In this document: piece after piece, positions 60,610-64,000 of the stretch
How the letters are laid out: every line of letters starts with the position of its first letter
Numbering within the stretch: position 1 is the first letter of the stretch
From: an uncultured delta proteobacterium
GTDB lineage: Bacteria; Myxococcota_A; Polyangia; Palsa-1104
Direction: 5' to 3'
Assembly: GCA_963785725.1 (NCBI GenBank)
Contig: CAWAWS010000033.1
Location: forward strand, 32,001-96,000
Length of the DNA: 64,000 nt
Notes under the pieces: model-generated
The model's input: the letters and a program-made list of their open reading frames with translations, nothing else
Told to the model about the DNA's origin: nothing
Databases searched by the model: none
Program-made: the position numbers and the translations under genes

Positions 60610-61497
60610 TCAGGCGGCGTCGAGGCGCGCCAGCTCGGCCGCCAGCAGCTCGGCGACGATGCGCACGCGCGCGATCTCGAGCGCGCTCTTGGCGCACACG
60701 AGGTGCAGCGACGAGCGCGTATACGGCCCGAGGTCGAGCTTGAGCGGCACCAGCGTCGTCGCGCGCGAAAAGCGGTGGCGCAGCTCGCCGAGGACCATCG
60801 CGCCCAGCCCCATTTCGGCGGCGCGCAGCTGCACGAGATAATTGTCCGACGTGAACGCGAAGGCGAGATCGGGCACCAGCTCCTGCAGCTGCGGATTGGG
60901 CGGCAGGCGATCGAACGGCGGCGCCCAGCCGATCCACGGCACGTCGTGGAAGCCATAGCGCCGCGGCAGCTTGGCGACGAGCGGCCGCGCCGCCACCGCG
61001 TGCACGGCGTGGCTCAGCGACGCGACGGTCGTCAGATCGGCGGTCGTCTCGGCGCGCAGCCGCAGCGCCAAATCGGCTTCGCCGCGCGCCAGATCGAGGT
61101 AATGCACCGTCGAGAGCAGCTCGAGCTGCAGCCCAGGCTGCTTTTGCTTGAGCCACGCCGCGAACGGCACCAAGTAATCCCACGCCAAGCCCGGCGGCGC
61201 GGTCACGCGCACGACGCCGCGCGGACGCCGCTCTTGCGCGCGCGCCGCGCGATCGACCTCGGCGGCCCACTCGGCCATCTTGCGCGCCGGCGCGACGAGC
61301 CGCTCGCCCGCGGCCGTCAGCGTCACGCCGGCGACGCTGCGGCGAAAGAGCGCGTAGCCGAGCTCGGCCTCGAGCGCGGCCAGTCGCCGGCTGACGGTCG
61401 GCTGCCCGACGCGCAATTGCCGCGCCGCCGCGCTCATGCCGCGCGTCTCGGCCACGGCCAAGAACACGCGTAAATCCTCCCACGGCAAGCGATTCAT
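60610..61497 (-). CDS. LysR-type transcriptional regulator
   Basis: HTH 'WEDLRVFLAVAETRGMSAAARQL..QPTVSRRLAALEAELG..LF.R', 'LTAAGE', 'DLARGEADLALR'. Confidence 0.93.
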   Translation of the reverse strand: MNRLPWEDLRVFLAVAETRGMSAAARQLRVGQPTVSRRLAALEAELGYALFRRSVAGVTLTAAGERLVAPARKMAEWAAEVDRAARAQERRPRGVVRVTAPPGLAWDYLVPFAAWLKQKQPGLQLELLSTVHYLDLARGEADLALRLRAETTADLTTVASLSHAVHAVAARPLVAKLPRRYGFHDVPWIGWAPPFDRLPPNPQLQELVPDLAFAFTSDNYLVQLRAAEMGLGAMVLGELRHRFSRATTLVPLKLDLGPYTRSSLHLVCAKSALEIARVRIVAELLAAELARLDAA

Positions 61498-61562
61498 TTT
61501 CGTATGGCCTGATGCGATATTAGTCAGTTTTCATTCTTTTTCGCATGGCTATCTTCATCGAC

Positions 61563-62492
61563 ATGCGCTTCCTACTTCCGTTCGTTCTCGTCAGTGCCGG
61601 CTGTTTGACGACGAGCCATCCGCATCAGCCATCGGCGCTCGGCCAGCCCAGTCGCGCGAGCGCGCTCTTGGCCGTCATCGATGCGCCGGGGCCGCTCGAG
61701 GTCGAGACCGTCAATTCGGCCGATTGGGTCGTCGATCGCAGCGGGCTCATCGATCTGAACGATCCGCGCGCCAAGGCCGCCGGGCTCAAAGCCGGCGACG
61801 AGCCGATTCAGGTGTTCTTTCACGTCATTCACCATCCAACGCGCGGCACGTTCATCGTCGACAGCGGCATGGAGCGCGCGCTGCGTGACGCGCCCGAGCA
61901 GGCGGCGCTGCGTGGGCTCGTGACGCGGTTCATGAAGCGCGATCAGCTGCATATTCGCGTGGCGCTCGGCGATTGGCTGGCGGCGCACGGCGGCAAGCTC
62001 GACGGCGTCTTCATGACGCATCTGCATCTCGATCACATCGCCGGCCTGCCCGACGTGCCGCCGGGAACGCCGATCTACACCGGTCCGCACGAAGCCGAAG
62101 ACCGCAACGCGATGAACAGCCTCGTCAAAGGCAGCCTCGACCGCGCGCTCGCCGGACAGGCGCCGCTGAGCGAGTGGGGCTTCGCGCCCGATCCCGACGG
62201 GCGCTTCGCCGCCGTCGTCGACGTCTTCGGCGACGGCTCGCTGTGGGCGATCGCGACGCCCGGGCACACCAAAGGCGCGACCGCGTATCTGGCGCGCACG
62301 ACGCACGGTCCGGTGCTCATGACCGGCGATACCTGCCACACGGCGTGGGGCTGGCAGCATCACGTGGCGCCGGGCAGCTTCACGGCCGATCACCAAGCCA
62401 ACGTCGACAGCTTGCAGCGCTTGCAGCAGCTGGTGGCCGAGCATCCGCGCATCGACGTGCGCCTCGGCCATCAGCGTCTGGCCGCGCAGTAG
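61563..62492 (+). CDS. Metallo-beta-lactamase-fold hydrolase, AHL-lactonase-like, with lipoprotein signal
   Basis: 'LVSAGC' lipobox; 'THLHLDHIAG', 'DVFGDGSL', 'TPGHT', 'TGDTCH', C-terminal 'GHQ'; divergent from LysR. Confidence 0.85.
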   Translation: MRFLLPFVLVSAGCLTTSHPHQPSALGQPSRASALLAVIDAPGPLEVETVNSADWVVDRSGLIDLNDPRAKAAGLKAGDEPIQVFFHVIHHPTRGTFIVDSGMERALRDAPEQAALRGLVTRFMKRDQLHIRVALGDWLAAHGGKLDGVFMTHLHLDHIAGLPDVPPGTPIYTGPHEAEDRNAMNSLVKGSLDRALAGQAPLSEWGFAPDPDGRFAAVVDVFGDGSLWAIATPGHTKGATAYLARTTHGPVLMTGDTCHTAWGWQHHVAPGSFTADHQANVDSLQRLQQLVAEHPRIDVRLGHQRLAAQ

Positions 62493-62652
62493 TGTCCCGC
62501 CGACGGGACGCGCCGCCGTCGTCGACGGGCGCGCGCTATCAGCTAGTCTTACGGCGGTTTACAGCGCGGGACTGGCGTCGCCGCTGTTGTCGCGTGATTT
62601 CGCAGATCTACGTCGTATTGGGCGCGGCACGCGGCCTGCTGTATGCGCTGAC

Positions 62653-64000
62653 ATGTTCATCCGTTTCGCCCCCGCATCAGTGCTCATCGGCTTACTCGCG
62701 GCCGGCATCGCGCCCGGCTGTTCCAAGGACGGATCGTCAGGCAAGTCGCCGTGCACGACCAACTGCGGCACGGCCGGCGGCAACGGCAGCGCCGGTGGAG
62801 CCGGCAACGCCGGCGGCAGCGGCAACGCCGGCGGCAGCGGCAACGACGCCGGCGCCGGCTGCAGCGAAAACTGCGACGGCGGCACGACCGTCGTCAACAG
62901 CGGCACGCTGCCGCGGCTCGTCGCCTACGTCAACGTCATGTGCGGCTTCGGCATCGGCGCCAACGGCACCGAGTGCTCGGCGAGCCCCGACCCGACCGTC
63001 AACCAAGTCAAACAGTGGGAAGACTCGGGACAATCGCCGATCACCCATTACGTCATCTCCTTCTTGTCATTCTCGGGCGGCAAGATTCAGAGCGACCCCG
63101 GCGAGATTTGGGCTTCGGGCGGCGGCTCGACGACCGATTTCACGCTCGCGCCCGGCCTGAAAGCGGCGATGCAGTCGGCGCAAGCCAAGGGCAAGAAGGT
63201 CATGCTCTCGCTCGGCGGCGAAGTCGGCTCGACGAGCTTCTCCGGCTGGTGGAGCGCGAACGGCGTCGCCGGCATGAACGCGCAACTGCAAGCCGTCGCC
63301 ACGACGTTCCAGCAGCAGAACGGCGTCAACGTCGATGGCTTCGACGTCGACATCGAGCTCGGCTCGGTCTACGCCTACGGCAGCGACAAGTACAACTCGA
63401 CGCGCGATCTCATCAACGCCATACCCGACGGCATGCTCGCCGCCTTCGTGCCGCAGATCGGCAACGGCTTGTGCGCGGCGCCGGTCGTCGGCGATCCGCT
63501 GACGCCGCCGGATGTGCTCGGCGGCCAGTGCCAGCAGCCGGTCAACGGCGACGACAGCTCGTGGATCCTCGCGCGCCTCGACAAAGACTGCAAGAAGGCC
63601 GACGGCACGCCCAAGCTCGATTATTGGGGCATCCAATACTACAACGCCGGCCAAGCGGCCTGCTGCGGCGGCGGCGTCGACGACGCGTCGCAGGCGACGA
63701 GCGCATTCCAAAATTACAAGAACCTCGCCAACGGCTGGCCCGCGTCCGGCGACACGACGCAGGCGAGCAATCCGTGGAACCAGTGGGCCTATTATCCGGG
63801 ACCGTGGGCCGAGTTCGACGGCTTCGGCGCCGATCGCTTGGTGCTCGGCAAGCCCGGCTGCCAGGGTTGCGCGGGCAGCGACTATCTCGACCTGCCCGGC
63901 ATGACCTCGCTCATCGGTCAATTCGATCACAAGCTGACCAAGACGATGGGCGGCATCCTGTTCTGGGATCTCGGCCGCCTGTTCGGCAACACCGGTCCGA
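62653..64000 (+). CDS. GH18 chitinase-like lipoprotein, 3'-truncated by the window end (not in the ORF track)
   Basis: Read manually from ATG 62653: 'MFIRFAPASVLIGLLAAGIAPGC', Gly linker, 'KVMLSLGG', catalytic 'DGFDVDIE', 'IQYYN', 'GGILFWD'. Confidence 0.85.
   Translation, partial: MFIRFAPASVLIGLLAAGIAPGCSKDGSSGKSPCTTNCGTAGGNGSAGGAGNAGGSGNAGGSGNDAGAGCSENCDGGTTVVNSGTLPRLVAYVNVMCGFGIGANGTECSASPDPTVNQVKQWEDSGQSPITHYVISFLSFSGGKIQSDPGEIWASGGGSTTDFTLAPGLKAAMQSAQAKGKKVMLSLGGEVGSTSFSGWWSANGVAGMNAQLQAVATTFQQQNGVNVDGFDVDIELGSVYAYGSDKYNSTRDLINAIPDGMLAAFVPQIGNGLCAAPVVGDPLTPPDVLGGQCQQPVNGDDSSWILARLDKDCKKADGTPKLDYWGIQYYNAGQAACCGGGVDDASQATSAFQNYKNLANGWPASGDTTQASNPWNQWAYYPGPWAEFDGFGADRLVLGKPGCQGCAGSDYLDLPGMTSLIGQFDHKLTKTMGGILFWDLGRLFGNTGP

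Overview
High-GC (roughly 70%) bacterial chromosomal DNA, most likely from a Myxococcota/Polyangia-like organism (Ser/Thr kinase-STAND protein, TIGR04563-like protein, many Gly-linker lipoproteins). It carries about 40 genes: housekeeping (ABC-F/Uup, purU, thrC, acyl-CoA dehydrogenase, S1-domain protein, folA, thyA), two M1 aminopeptidases, hydrolases and signalling genes. No rRNA, tRNA, CRISPR array or transposase was recognised. Several genes at 12-18.3 kb, plus single sites near 26.1 and 52.3 kb, contain frameshifts that look like long-read errors. Three things stand out. (1) An AT-rich palindrome, AWTGGTTNAACCAWT, has about 32 exact core copies by hand count, all between 8.5 and 31.8 kb. 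It recurs as pairs exactly 21 bp apart, in tandem arrays, inside codons and as stop codons, which suggests an undescribed chromosome-organising or centromere-like protein-binding domain. (2) A translationally coupled three-gene biosynthetic operon encodes an indole prenyltransferase fused to a heme-oxygenase-like diiron domain, a kynureninase-like PLP enzyme and an O-methyltransferase. (3) An operon encodes a pentaheme cytochrome c lipoprotein, a FIST/NosP-like protein, a sensorless triple-receiver histidine kinase and a response regulator. All family calls come from motifs read by eye; no database searches were run.
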